Assembly (NCBI GenBank): GCA_041562555.1 | Contig: JBFEXS010000018.1 | Location: forward strand, 1 to 27,511 | DNA from: Sulfurimonadaceae bacterium | Lineage (GTDB): Bacteria; Campylobacterota; Campylobacteria; Campylobacterales; Sulfurimonadaceae | Direction: 5' to 3' | Length of the DNA: 27,511 bases | Shown: piece by piece, positions 9,692 through 19,033 of the stretch | How positions within the stretch are numbered: position 1 is the first letter of the stretch | Layout: each line of letters starts with the position of its first letter | The notes under the pieces: model-generated | What the model was told of the DNA's origin: nothing | The model's input: only the letters and a program-made list of their open reading frames with translations | Databases searched by the model: none | Translations under genes and position numbers: made by a program

Positions 9692-11367
9692 TGTTTAAAA
9701 AGTTTGAGAATAGTATCTTTGACATCCTGTCTGACAATAATAAAAAGCGTATAGTACTCCTGGGAACTCTAGTCTGTTTTACCCTCTCCGTATTGATGAT
9801 CCCCAGTGAGCTTGTCCTCGCCAAAATGCTTCCTGGCAAGAACAATGATACCTTTACTATCTATATCGATCTTCCAAACGGATCCTCTATTCACCGGACC
9901 GAAGAGGTATCGCGTTGTGTTGTCGGGTTCATTCAAAAAGAGAAAGAGGTCCTGGACACGGAGATCTTTTTAGGTATGGGCAGCCCACTCGATTTTGCAG
10001 GACTCATCAAGGGTTCACATTTCAAGAACAGCGAGCACCTCAGTGAGATCGTGGTCAATCTGAGCAAGAAGCATCATAGAGATGAGCCTTCGTACCTAAT
10101 GGTTCAGCGTATACGTCCACAGGTTATTGAGAGTTGTGAGCTTCTCTACCCTGGAACAACGATCAAATTCGTAGAACCTCCTGCAGGACCTCCGGTACTC
10201 GCAGCCATAGTCGCTGAGATCTATGGTGAAGATTCCAAAGGGATCCGGGACTTGGCCATTAAAGTGAAAGATGTCTTTAAAAACACTCCGGGGCTTGTTG
10301 ATATCGATATCATGCAAGATGAGATATATGATAAATTCGAGGTACGTGTTGACAGTATCAAGATCGCACGTTCGGGCCTCAATGTCAAACAGGTCAACAA
10401 TATCCTCTATCTTGCCTTTGAAGGCATGGATATCTCTGTTAAGAACTCCGAGGTCTATGACGACCAGATCCCGATATTTTTAACGCTCTCTACTGAGACC
10501 AAAGTGTTCAGCTCAAAAAACAAAGAGGCTATTGAAAGTAAACTCGCAAGTCTAAAGCTGATGAATACCATGGGGATGATGGTACCCGTTACCGAAGTCA
10601 TACAACTCATCGCCGTCAAGTCCAATCCGATGATACTGACAAAGAATCTGCATCAGATGACCAATGTCATGGCTGAAACGGACATGCTCTCACAAGTCTA
10701 TCCTCTGATGGATGCTCGCAGTGCACTACTCGAAAAACTTGATGGTGAATACGAGATCAAGAAGATCGGTCTTTTAAACCTCCAACTCAAAGATAAGAAA
10801 ACGGCTAAAGTCTACAGACTACTTTGGGATGGGGAGATGGAACTCACCCTGGACACCTTTGTAGACTTGGGAGGGGCGTTCATCGCCGCATTGGTCCTCA
10901 TCTTCTTGTTGATGGTCGTCTATTATAAAAGCTTCAAACTCAGCGGTATCGTCTTATTAGGAAGCTTTCTCTCTATCATCGGTGTGATCCTTGGTCATTT
11001 TATCATGGACCTTTTTACACAAGAGACCTTTTTTCTCACAGCGACGTCTCTCGTTGGGTTTATCGCCCTGATCGGTATCTCTTCACGCAATTCTCTTCTG
11101 CTTTTAGATTTTACGAAGTCTCTGATATTTGACAAGGGAATGGCACAAAAAGAAGCGATTGCCTATGCTGCTGCGACACGGGCGAAACCTATCTTTTTAA
11201 CGGCCGTAGCGATCATTTTGGCATCAGCTCTATTAGCTTCCGATGCCGTCTTTGGTGGTTTAGGTGTCGCACTCATCTTTGGTACGATAGCAGCCGTTGT
11301 AGCCTCCCTTGTCGTTGTTCCGGTCCTTATGGACAATACTGACCTGCAAAAGGAGTTCACACACTAA
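9691..11367 (+). CDS. RND permease, C-terminal half (separately encoded)
   Basis: GTG start overlapping the upstream TAG, with an AAGGAG SD; KMLPG..., PPAGPP, SLVGFIALIGISSRNSLLLLDF, TRAKPIFLT. Confidence 0.88.
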   Translation: MFKKFENSIFDILSDNNKKRIVLLGTLVCFTLSVLMIPSELVLAKMLPGKNNDTFTIYIDLPNGSSIHRTEEVSRCVVGFIQKEKEVLDTEIFLGMGSPLDFAGLIKGSHFKNSEHLSEIVVNLSKKHHRDEPSYLMVQRIRPQVIESCELLYPGTTIKFVEPPAGPPVLAAIVAEIYGEDSKGIRDLAIKVKDVFKNTPGLVDIDIMQDEIYDKFEVRVDSIKIARSGLNVKQVNNILYLAFEGMDISVKNSEVYDDQIPIFLTLSTETKVFSSKNKEAIESKLASLKLMNTMGMMVPVTEVIQLIAVKSNPMILTKNLHQMTNVMAETDMLSQVYPLMDARSALLEKLDGEYEIKKIGLLNLQLKDKKTAKVYRLLWDGEMELTLDTFVDLGGAFIAALVLIFLLMVVYYKSFKLSGIVLLGSFLSIIGVILGHFIMDLFTQETFFLTATSLVGFIALIGISSRNSLLLLDFTKSLIFDKGMAQKEAIAYAAATRAKPIFLTAVAIILASALLASDAVFGGLGVALIFGTIAAVVASLVVVPVLMDNTDLQKEFTH

Positions 11368-11481
11368 AAAATACCAGCTAAACAAAGATTTAATACAAAT
11401 CCTATATGATACATGCATTATAAACAAAATATACATAACGTATTACATATTTAAGAAATACATCTCCTCTGAAAGGCACTA

Positions 11482-13146
11482 GTGTTTAAGCAAACCATCA
11501 TTCTTCTATCTTTCATATTAACACCTTTAACTGCTGTAATACTACCTGCCGAGCTTGATATCTCCCGTGCACAAGAACATATTGGGAAATCCATGTTGAT
11601 GTATGAAGACAGAGGTGCCAATATGAAACTTTCGGATGTTCAAAAACTTCCGGCGGATGCCTTTTCTCCGCTTAGTACGGATGTCTTTAGCACCATGTTT
11701 ACCTCGTCCGCTTACTGGTTTAAATTTGATGTTTCTAATCCCGGCAATACACCATTGTCACGTATCTTTGTCTTCGAACCACCTTGGCTCGACTATATAG
11801 AAGTTCATATACTTAATCAGGGTTCTTCCCCTTTAACCTATAAGGAAGGGAATAGTTTTGTATACGATAAACGGACAATAGACTATCACCTCATTAATGT
11901 TGAACACACCTTTAAACCGGGGGTCTCAAATGTTTATATACAGATTAAGACCCGTGATCCCTTTATCCTTTCACTCTCGATAATAAAAGAGAAAACATTT
12001 CTGATTCAGCAACAACAAGAGTCACTCTACATAGGGCTGGTATATGGTGTATTGATTGCGATGCTTCTGTATAATTTTTTCTTGTTTTTAGGCATAAGAG
12101 AGCCTTATTATGCCTATTATGTTCTTTTTGTCACTGCTTTTCTAATTATGAACACTTCCTATAACGGTTACACCTTCAAATACGTATGCGCCGAACTTCC
12201 CGAGGTACAAAACTGGCTGCAGGCAAGTTCCATCTTTTTTTATTCCCTGACAGCACTTCTCTTTGCAAGGTCTTTTCTGAACCTGAAAGTGACCCATGAA
12301 CGTTTAAATATCGCGACCCTGTATATGGTTTTCTTCTTACTGTTCATTGCCACCCTCTCTGCAACAATCGGTGGATACCATTATCATGTCATGTTTTCGA
12401 TTCTCATGAGTGTCATCGTCAGTCTATATATATTTTTCATAGCGATATTTTCATGGAAATATGGAAATCGCTCTGCACGCTTTTTTATACTGGGCTTCTT
12501 TAGCAGTCTCTTGGGAACGATTATCACTGCGCTGACCGTTATGGGTCAGATACCTTACCATGAATACACCTATAGGGCTCTTGATATCGGCATGGTTATT
12601 GATGCGATACTGCTTTCACTAGCCCTCAGCGACAAACTTAAAATCACCAATGAACAGAAACTTATTGCAGAGCAGGCTTCCAGAACTGATATCTTAACAG
12701 GATTGATGAACCGCCGTGCTTATTATGAGATCAGTATGAATGAGGTACATCGTTCACAACGATACGGGGCAAAACTTTCATTGGTGTTCTTGGATATTGA
12801 CAACTTTAAAACCTTCAATGATACCTATGGGCATGATATAGGCGACAAGGTTCTTAAACACTTTGCGACAATATTAATGCAGATCAAACGTAAAGATGAT
12901 TACGCTTTCAGATTGGGTGGCGATGAGTTTTTGCTACTTCTGCCTGAGACAGAAAAGAGTGAGGCGGATTATCTCGCCCAGCGTATTCAAGCCGAGACAG
13001 CCTCACACATGATTTACCTTGATGATATAAAACTGGGTATACAGACCTCTTACGGTGTATCAGAACTTGAAGCAGATGACAGGTCTATAAAAGAAGCTGA
13101 AAAAAGAGCTGATCAAGCACTTTATCAAGCTAAAGAATCCTCTTAG
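11482..13146 (+). CDS. 7TM-DISM sensor diguanylate cyclase (GGDEF)
   Basis: DISMED2-like SAYWFKF...PPWLDYI; 7 TM segments ending LSLALSDK; TDILTGLMNRR, DIDNFKTFNDTYGHDIGD, I-site RKDD five residues before an intact GGDEF, RADQALYQAK. Confidence 0.93.
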   Translation: MFKQTIILLSFILTPLTAVILPAELDISRAQEHIGKSMLMYEDRGANMKLSDVQKLPADAFSPLSTDVFSTMFTSSAYWFKFDVSNPGNTPLSRIFVFEPPWLDYIEVHILNQGSSPLTYKEGNSFVYDKRTIDYHLINVEHTFKPGVSNVYIQIKTRDPFILSLSIIKEKTFLIQQQQESLYIGLVYGVLIAMLLYNFFLFLGIREPYYAYYVLFVTAFLIMNTSYNGYTFKYVCAELPEVQNWLQASSIFFYSLTALLFARSFLNLKVTHERLNIATLYMVFFLLFIATLSATIGGYHYHVMFSILMSVIVSLYIFFIAIFSWKYGNRSARFFILGFFSSLLGTIITALTVMGQIPYHEYTYRALDIGMVIDAILLSLALSDKLKITNEQKLIAEQASRTDILTGLMNRRAYYEISMNEVHRSQRYGAKLSLVFLDIDNFKTFNDTYGHDIGDKVLKHFATILMQIKRKDDYAFRLGGDEFLLLLPETEKSEADYLAQRIQAETASHMIYLDDIKLGIQTSYGVSELEADDRSIKEAEKRADQALYQAKESS

Positions 13147-13155
13147 TTGGCCTTT

Positions 13156-15774
13156 TTATACTAGAATCTTCGAGACAATCTCATAAACATTTTTGGATAG
13201 GCCTTCTGTATTAAGGATCTTTTCCAGCTCCTGTTTCATCAGGTTCTTTGACGTCTCATTCAACTTGCGATAATCCTTGAAGACACCGGAAAGTCCCGAG
13301 GCGATCTGAGGATTGATCCTATCAAGTTCAAGAACCTTATCGGCGATGAAACGGTATCCGCTTCCATCTGTAGCATGAAAATGCAGCGCATTTCTTGCAA
13401 ATGAACCAATGAGAGAACGTACAAGGTTAGGCACTTTAATGTCAAAGACCTCATCATCCAGTAATTTCTTAACATTTTCAGGTGTCTCTTTCAGTTCAGA
13501 AGAGGCGATAACTGCCAGGTACTTATTCATGACCAATGTATTGGTTTTATAGCGTTCGTAAAAATCACTCAATGCTTCCCCTTTAGCAGAACCTCTGAGA
13601 TTGGCCAGGACACTCAAAGCACTCAGGCGATCGGTCATATTGTTTGCATTATGATATTGTCTAAGGGCCAATGTCTCATCTTTTAAGGCGCCAAGATATG
13701 ATAAAAGCGTGTTTTTAAGCTTTCTACGTGCCATCTCTTCAGAACTTATCTCATACTCGCATTCCGTATTAAGATAATCATACATTCCTCTGATGTCCGC
13801 ACCGTATTCACGCACGATCTCCCTTTTCAGGAAGTTCTTGGCCATATAGATTGCTTCCACATCCAGGATCCTGCGTGTCTGCATCAGCATCGAGATGCTT
13901 GGAAGGCTTAACATATCTGCCTTTAAAGAGTTGTCAATATTTTTGTCTTTCAAGACGGTAATGAAAGCATTTGCATAGATCTCGCTTTTTCTCATCGGCG
14001 CGTTATGTTCAAGTGCATCGATCAATTTTGTCAACACCATGGTCGCCAAGGTTTGCGAAGCCTCAAAACGATTGAACTCATCCTTATCATGTGCCATCAA
14101 AAAGGCGTATTCTTCAAAGGAATAAGAGGTATTTAGTTTAATTGGTGCAGAGAAGTTCTGGTTCAAAGAGAGTATTGGTGCAGCCTCGATCTCTTCAAAT
14201 ACAAAGGCCTGTGTCTCTTGACTTACCAGTAATATCCCCCGATCGATAAAGGGCTGCTTCTCACCTTCTTCTCTAAGCTTGAGTGCAATCGCATTCCCTT
14301 CTGCATCCAAGATCCCGACTTTGAAAGGGAAAAGATAGGGTTTTTGATCTGTTTGTGTTGGTGAAAGGTATGACTGAGTCAGCGTAAGCTCAAGACTCTT
14401 CTCCTGTTTATTGTACTGAGTCTTGATATCTACTTCAGGCGTACCGCACTGAGAGTACCAGAGTTTGAAATGTTCCATATCAAAGCCTGATGCTTCTTGC
14501 ATCGCCCAGATAAAATCTTCTGTACGGACTGCTTGTCCGTCAAAGGTCTTAAAATACAGATCCATTCCTGACCTGAAGGCATCCTCGCCTATCATGGTAT
14601 GTATCATACGGATCACCTCGGCACCTTTTTCATAGATGGTTGCCGTATAAAAATTATTGATCTGAATATAGGACTCCGGCTTGATCGGATGAGAAGTAGG
14701 ACCTGCATCTTCAACAAACTGACGTTCCTGAAGTGCCTTGACATCGGCAATACGCTGAACTGACCGGGAGTTCATGTCTGCGGAGAACTCTTGATCTCTA
14801 AAGACGGTCAAACCCTCTTTAAGTGTTAACTGGAACCAATCCCTGCAGGTAATACGATTTCCTGTCCAGTTGTGAAAATACTCATGTCCTATCACTGACT
14901 CAATCCCCATAAAGTTCGCATCAGTTGCCGTATCTGCATCTGCAAGGACATAATGGGAATTAAAGATATTCAGTCCCTTGTTTTCCATCGCACCCATGTT
15001 AAAGGAGTCCACTGCCACAATATTGTAGATATCAAGATCATATTCCCTGCCAAAACGATCTTCATCCCATTTCATCGAGTTTTTAAGAGAGTCCATAGCG
15101 TGGGAGCACTGAGCCTCATTTCCCTTGTCACAATAGATATTCAACTCGATCTCTTTGTTACCCATGGTCGTGAAAGTATCTTTGACACAGCCAAGGTCTC
15201 CGGCCACTAACGCATACAGATAAGAAGGCTTTGGATGAGGGTCTTTCCAGATCGCATAATGTTTCCCTTCCGTCAAATCACCGGTTTCGGCCAAATTCCC
15301 GTTGCTTAGTAAGACAGGATAGTCACTCTTATCTGCGATAATCTTCGTTGTATATACTGCCATCACATCAGGTCTGTCCAAGAAATATGTGATACGTCTA
15401 AAACCCTCAGGTTCGTTTTGTGTACAAAAGATTCCACTGGACTTATACAAGCCGTCTAAAGCTGTATTTGCTTCCGGATTAATAATCGTCACAATCTGTA
15501 ATATGAAGTTTTCAGGAAGCCTGTGCAGTCTTAAAGATGTCTCATCTTTTTCATATTCACTTTCATGAAGTTCTCTGCCGTCCAGATGCACAGACTGCAG
15601 TACAATCTCTTCACCGTTCAATACAAGCGGCAGTGCTATATCTGCATGTCGTTCTATCATCATCGTGTTCTTAACACATGTTTGCGTATCGTGAAGCTCA
15701 AACTCCAGGTCTACCGTCCTGATCTCAAACCCCGGTTTTTCGTAATCTTTTAAATATATTTTATCCATACTCAT
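13156..15774 (-). CDS. pepN: Aminopeptidase N (M1 family)
   Basis: IYLKDY, TQNEPEGFRRIT, GAMENKGLN, HEYFHNWTGNRITCRDWFQLTLKEG (HExxH-x18-E), YEKGAEVIRM. Confidence 0.97.
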   Translation of the reverse strand: MSMDKIYLKDYEKPGFEIRTVDLEFELHDTQTCVKNTMMIERHADIALPLVLNGEEIVLQSVHLDGRELHESEYEKDETSLRLHRLPENFILQIVTIINPEANTALDGLYKSSGIFCTQNEPEGFRRITYFLDRPDVMAVYTTKIIADKSDYPVLLSNGNLAETGDLTEGKHYAIWKDPHPKPSYLYALVAGDLGCVKDTFTTMGNKEIELNIYCDKGNEAQCSHAMDSLKNSMKWDEDRFGREYDLDIYNIVAVDSFNMGAMENKGLNIFNSHYVLADADTATDANFMGIESVIGHEYFHNWTGNRITCRDWFQLTLKEGLTVFRDQEFSADMNSRSVQRIADVKALQERQFVEDAGPTSHPIKPESYIQINNFYTATIYEKGAEVIRMIHTMIGEDAFRSGMDLYFKTFDGQAVRTEDFIWAMQEASGFDMEHFKLWYSQCGTPEVDIKTQYNKQEKSLELTLTQSYLSPTQTDQKPYLFPFKVGILDAEGNAIALKLREEGEKQPFIDRGILLVSQETQAFVFEEIEAAPILSLNQNFSAPIKLNTSYSFEEYAFLMAHDKDEFNRFEASQTLATMVLTKLIDALEHNAPMRKSEIYANAFITVLKDKNIDNSLKADMLSLPSISMLMQTRRILDVEAIYMAKNFLKREIVREYGADIRGMYDYLNTECEYEISSEEMARRKLKNTLLSYLGALKDETLALRQYHNANNMTDRLSALSVLANLRGSAKGEALSDFYERYKTNTLVMNKYLAVIASSELKETPENVKKLLDDEVFDIKVPNLVRSLIGSFARNALHFHATDGSGYRFIADKVLELDRINPQIASGLSGVFKDYRKLNETSKNLMKQELEKILNTEGLSKNVYEIVSKILV

Positions 15775-16274
15775 TTTATCTGCTCCAAAACTGTTTCTAA
15801 CGTTCCTTTTATAATTGTGCTCGACTCGGTGATCATCAGATTGAACAGACCATCGAAATCTTCTATTATCAATCCATTTTGATCATACCAGATATCTTTT
15901 GTCTGATAACATTTATCATCATGCGATTTCGTCTTTTCCAGCATACTTTTATCCGAATCCACATAAACATAGACTTCTTTACCCAAGGCGGATGCATAAC
16001 CTATTTCAAATACTGTTCCAGCATCCGGTTCACCATGTCTAAAAGCATTGAGATTAACACATAAGATATCGGCATCCTCTATCAGAGAAATGTTTGCGGT
16101 ATAAATATCCCGACGAATCTTTTCCTTTGGCTGCGAGAAGTCAATCTCATTATCCAAAGGGGCCAAGCCCTCATAGCCATAAGCCTCACACAACTTTTTC
16201 TTCTTATCCAGGACCTCTATCGCATTCAGATAAAAAACGTCAAATCCAGCTAAATAAATCTTCTTTTTTCGCAT
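15771..16274 (-). CDS. Nucleoside 2-deoxyribosyltransferase family protein
   Basis: IYLAG.DVF, DADIL..NL..FR..EPDAGTVFEIGYA.ALGK (catalytic Glu motif), C-terminal NLMI. Start moved to ATG 16274 (MRKKKIYLAG). ATGA overlap with pepN. Confidence 0.9.
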   Translation of the reverse strand: MRKKKIYLAGFDVFYLNAIEVLDKKKKLCEAYGYEGLAPLDNEIDFSQPKEKIRRDIYTANISLIEDADILCVNLNAFRHGEPDAGTVFEIGYASALGKEVYVYVDSDKSMLEKTKSHDDKCYQTKDIWYDQNGLIIEDFDGLFNLMITESSTIIKGTLETVLEQIK

Positions 16275-16280
16275 AATGCG

Positions 16281-16286
16281 ATTGTA
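16281..16286 (-). promoter_or_regulatory. Putative -10 box (TACAAT) 6 nt before the ATG of the deoxyribosyltransferase gene
   Basis: Minus strand reads gtTACAAT-cgcatt-ATG; no SD. Confidence 0.55.
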
Positions 16287-16365
16287 ACGAATTAACGTTA
16301 AATTAACGGTTTTCATCTATAATTATTCCGGTAATAAGCTATTTTATTCTAAAAGGTTTCTTCTC

Positions 16366-16379
16366 TTGACAAACGTCAA
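16366..16379. promoter_or_regulatory. Crp/Fnr-family-type palindromic operator TTGAC-N4-GTCAA
   Basis: Perfect 5-4-5 inverted repeat, 22 nt upstream of TAAAAT (16402-16407) in front of the cytochrome c gene. Confidence 0.6.
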
Positions 16380-16435
16380 CTTTTTATCTTCACCTTTAGT
16401 CTAAAATATCATCAAAATTAATGGAGAACACACAT

Positions 16436-16861
16436 ATGTATAAAAAACTGTTACTACTTTCCCTGCTTCCATTTGCACTTCTTGCAGATGAAGACGCCAC
16501 CTTACTAGCAGGTCAAAAAGTTTTTGACAAAGTCTGTTCTGCTTGTCATATAGAGATCATAGATAAAAAGACCGCCCTTAAGACCTTTAAAACGCTTAAG
16601 GCACCACCAATGAACGAGGTCGCCAACCAACTTAAGAACAATATCATCATCAAAGACGATGACGATGATGTACATAGAGCCGTCGTGATTGCTTTTATCA
16701 AAGATTACATCAAATATCCTGAACTTTCAAAAGTCATGTGTAATCCGCCTGCCGTGGATAAATTCGGCATTATGCCATCTCAGCGACCGCATTTAAGCGA
16801 AGAAGAGATTAACGCTGTTTCGACGTGGCTCTATGATCGTTATGAAGGTGTCGATTTTTAA
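16436..16861 (+). CDS. Periplasmic monoheme cytochrome c
   Basis: Signal peptide MYKKLLLLSLLPFALLA; heme motif CSACH; APPM and FGIMP Met motifs; LSEEEINAVSTWL helix. The GGAGA SD favours ATG 16436 over 16421. Confidence 0.9.
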   Translation: MYKKLLLLSLLPFALLADEDATLLAGQKVFDKVCSACHIEIIDKKTALKTFKTLKAPPMNEVANQLKNNIIIKDDDDDVHRAVVIAFIKDYIKYPELSKVMCNPPAVDKFGIMPSQRPHLSEEEINAVSTWLYDRYEGVDF

Positions 16862-16959
16862 GGGTTAAAAATCCTTCATCAAACCCTGTTACAGCAAGTT
16901 CTCATTGCATTTCTTCGATTTTAATGTTAAAATATAACAATTTTGAATAAAGAAGAAAA

Positions 16960-18192
16960 ATGTCAAACTATTTATATATAGCTAAGCAGCCGATTTTTGA
17001 CAAAGATGAGCATATTTTTGGTTATGAGCTCTATTATCGCAATGATGATCAGGATATGACTCTTCCTGATAAACGTTTGGCAACTGCTTCGGTTTTAGTA
17101 AACACACTCAATCAAATGGGTTTACATACCCTTGTTGGGTCCGCTAAGGCATTCATTAATATCGATGCTTCCATTCTTCTGACTGATATTATCTATACGA
17201 TTCCCAAAGACCGGTTTGTCCTTGAGCTCAATGAAGATATTCAGATCAATCAAAAAGAGCATGAGTCTATCAAAGCCTTCCACAAAGAGGGATATGCATT
17301 TGCACTGGACAATGTTACCTTTACACAGGAGCACCTTGCCAATATTACCCGTGTATTGCCCAATGTCGATTACATCAAATTTGACACCACCCAAACAGAC
17401 TTTGAGCTCTTAAGAGAGCATCTTTCCATGTTTGATGGCAAAAAACTGATGGCTCAAAAAATCGAGTCTATCTATGTTTATAACGCCTATAAGGACTTGG
17501 GTTTTGACTTTTTTCAAGGCTTCCACCTGGGTGAACCTGAACTTATCAAGAAAAACCGGATCGATCCCCATCATTTAGGTGTTATTCGCTTATTCAACCT
17601 ACTACAGGGGGCAGTCTCCATGCAAGATATCTGTGTGGAATTTGAGCAGCATAATGAGATCGTTCTGCAACTGCTGCAATTTGTTAATTCGGGTGGGTTC
17701 AACTTCGAGACTACACCAAAGACGATTTGCGACGTTCTGGATTTTATCGGGAAAAAACCTTTGATGCAGTGGCTCATGCTTATCGTATATGCGAAATCCG
17801 GACGCACCGGAGATGCTGATCTCAATCCAAATTCGATCTTGGTTCAAAACCGAATCGATCTGATGCTCGGAATACTAAAACGCATGGGGAAAAGTGATGA
17901 TGAGGAGTTGATGATGCAGGCACGTTTTGTCGCACTTTTATCACTCCTGGAGACTGTCTTTGAGATGCCACTTCCATTAATCTTAGCCGAACTGGACGTT
18001 GAAGCAGTAATCAAGAATGCGCTGTTAAACAATGAAGGAGAACTGGGAAAACTCTATGCTCTGGTTCTCGCACTGGAAAAATCCGATCAGGAAACTTCAG
18101 AGAAGCTCTTGCTTGCCTTTGGCATCAAAGTGGAGAATGTATGGCATATTCTGGAAGATCACCTGGGTCACCCAGGAGAGATCTTACATTAA
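16960..18192 (+). CDS. EAL and HDOD domain protein (YuxH/PdeH-like), EAL domain appears degenerate
   Basis: AKQPIFD...GYELYYR, AFINI, FVLEL, GYAFALDNV, GFDFFQGF; HDOD-like LLQFVNS...LLSLLETVFEMPL...IKNALL..EG.LG. TGtTAAAAT at 16925-16933. Confidence 0.88.
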   Translation: MSNYLYIAKQPIFDKDEHIFGYELYYRNDDQDMTLPDKRLATASVLVNTLNQMGLHTLVGSAKAFINIDASILLTDIIYTIPKDRFVLELNEDIQINQKEHESIKAFHKEGYAFALDNVTFTQEHLANITRVLPNVDYIKFDTTQTDFELLREHLSMFDGKKLMAQKIESIYVYNAYKDLGFDFFQGFHLGEPELIKKNRIDPHHLGVIRLFNLLQGAVSMQDICVEFEQHNEIVLQLLQFVNSGGFNFETTPKTICDVLDFIGKKPLMQWLMLIVYAKSGRTGDADLNPNSILVQNRIDLMLGILKRMGKSDDEELMMQARFVALLSLLETVFEMPLPLILAELDVEAVIKNALLNNEGELGKLYALVLALEKSDQETSEKLLLAFGIKVENVWHILEDHLGHPGEILH

Positions 18193-18207
18193 GACATACA
18201 CTTCCGT

Positions 18208-18897
18208 TTAAAGTGCTTGATACACCTCTTTTAAACCGGTATAGAGTTCATCTGCACTTAATGATGGACTATTTGCCATAATCGATTGCATCACTACATT
18301 ATCTTCTTCCCCATTCCAGACTTTGATGTATGTGCCCTCTTTATATCCGTGATCTTGCCGAAATCGGTTAAGAATATTCTTTCCTATATAAAGAGAATAG
18401 AGTACCTGAAGATTAACGCCGCAGTTCAGTGCCATAGTAAAGAAGTCTGTAATAAACCTGTCCAGATCCAATCCTTCCGGTTTTAAGACATCATACATCA
18501 TTTGCTCGACCATTTTAATGACACCATAAAAATCTTCATCATCCGTTTTTGCCTCGGAATCGGAAAAAGCCTTATATGCATCCTTAGAGACTATCTTTGC
18601 AGCCAAATCCTCTATGCTGCCCAGGCCATTCACCTTGTACTCTTGTAGAAGCAGTGAGAGGACAAAATGCCAGATGTCAATCGTTTCAACCTTGATATTA
18701 TCCCAATCGGGAGCCTTGTTGATCGCCTTCCAATGTTTCCAGGCAAAGGAGTCAATAAGTTCTGCGGACTCCATATAAATACAGCGTTTCCAATCTATCA
18801 CCTTTCCGTTTTTTGTCAGGCCTTCTTCCCAGCCTTTTCCATTTGTCGAGTCGTTCAGTTCTTGTTGAAGTGTTAACATCTGTAAAATTTGTTGCAT
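18208..18897 (-). CDS. dut: Dimeric (all-alpha, Campylobacter-type) dUTP diphosphatase
   Basis: LQQELND, ESAELIDSFAWKHWK, VETIDIWHF, GKNILNRFRQDHGYKEGTYIKVW.GEEDN. Confidence 0.93.
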   Translation of the reverse strand: MQQILQMLTLQQELNDSTNGKGWEEGLTKNGKVIDWKRCIYMESAELIDSFAWKHWKAINKAPDWDNIKVETIDIWHFVLSLLLQEYKVNGLGSIEDLAAKIVSKDAYKAFSDSEAKTDDEDFYGVIKMVEQMMYDVLKPEGLDLDRFITDFFTMALNCGVNLQVLYSLYIGKNILNRFRQDHGYKEGTYIKVWNGEEDNVVMQSIMANSPSLSADELYTGLKEVYQAL

Positions 18898-19033
18898 CTA
18901 TTTCTCTTTGTTGATTTTTTAGCTGAAAAACCGGGTTTCCAGTTAGACCGAAATTTTGGCATTCATGAGAACAATTATATTATAATGGCATTATGATTAG
19001 GATTAATTGTAAGCAGTGTAAACACTATTTTGT

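Noticed and set aside
9680..9700. RND gene as a frameshifted pseudogene
   Set aside because: The break falls at the repeat boundary and the second ORF has its own SD and coupled start; both halves are otherwise intact.
16861..16875. Hairpin AGGGTT-AAA-AATCCT after the cytochrome c stop
   Set aside because: Weak stem and no U-tract, so not supportable as a terminator.
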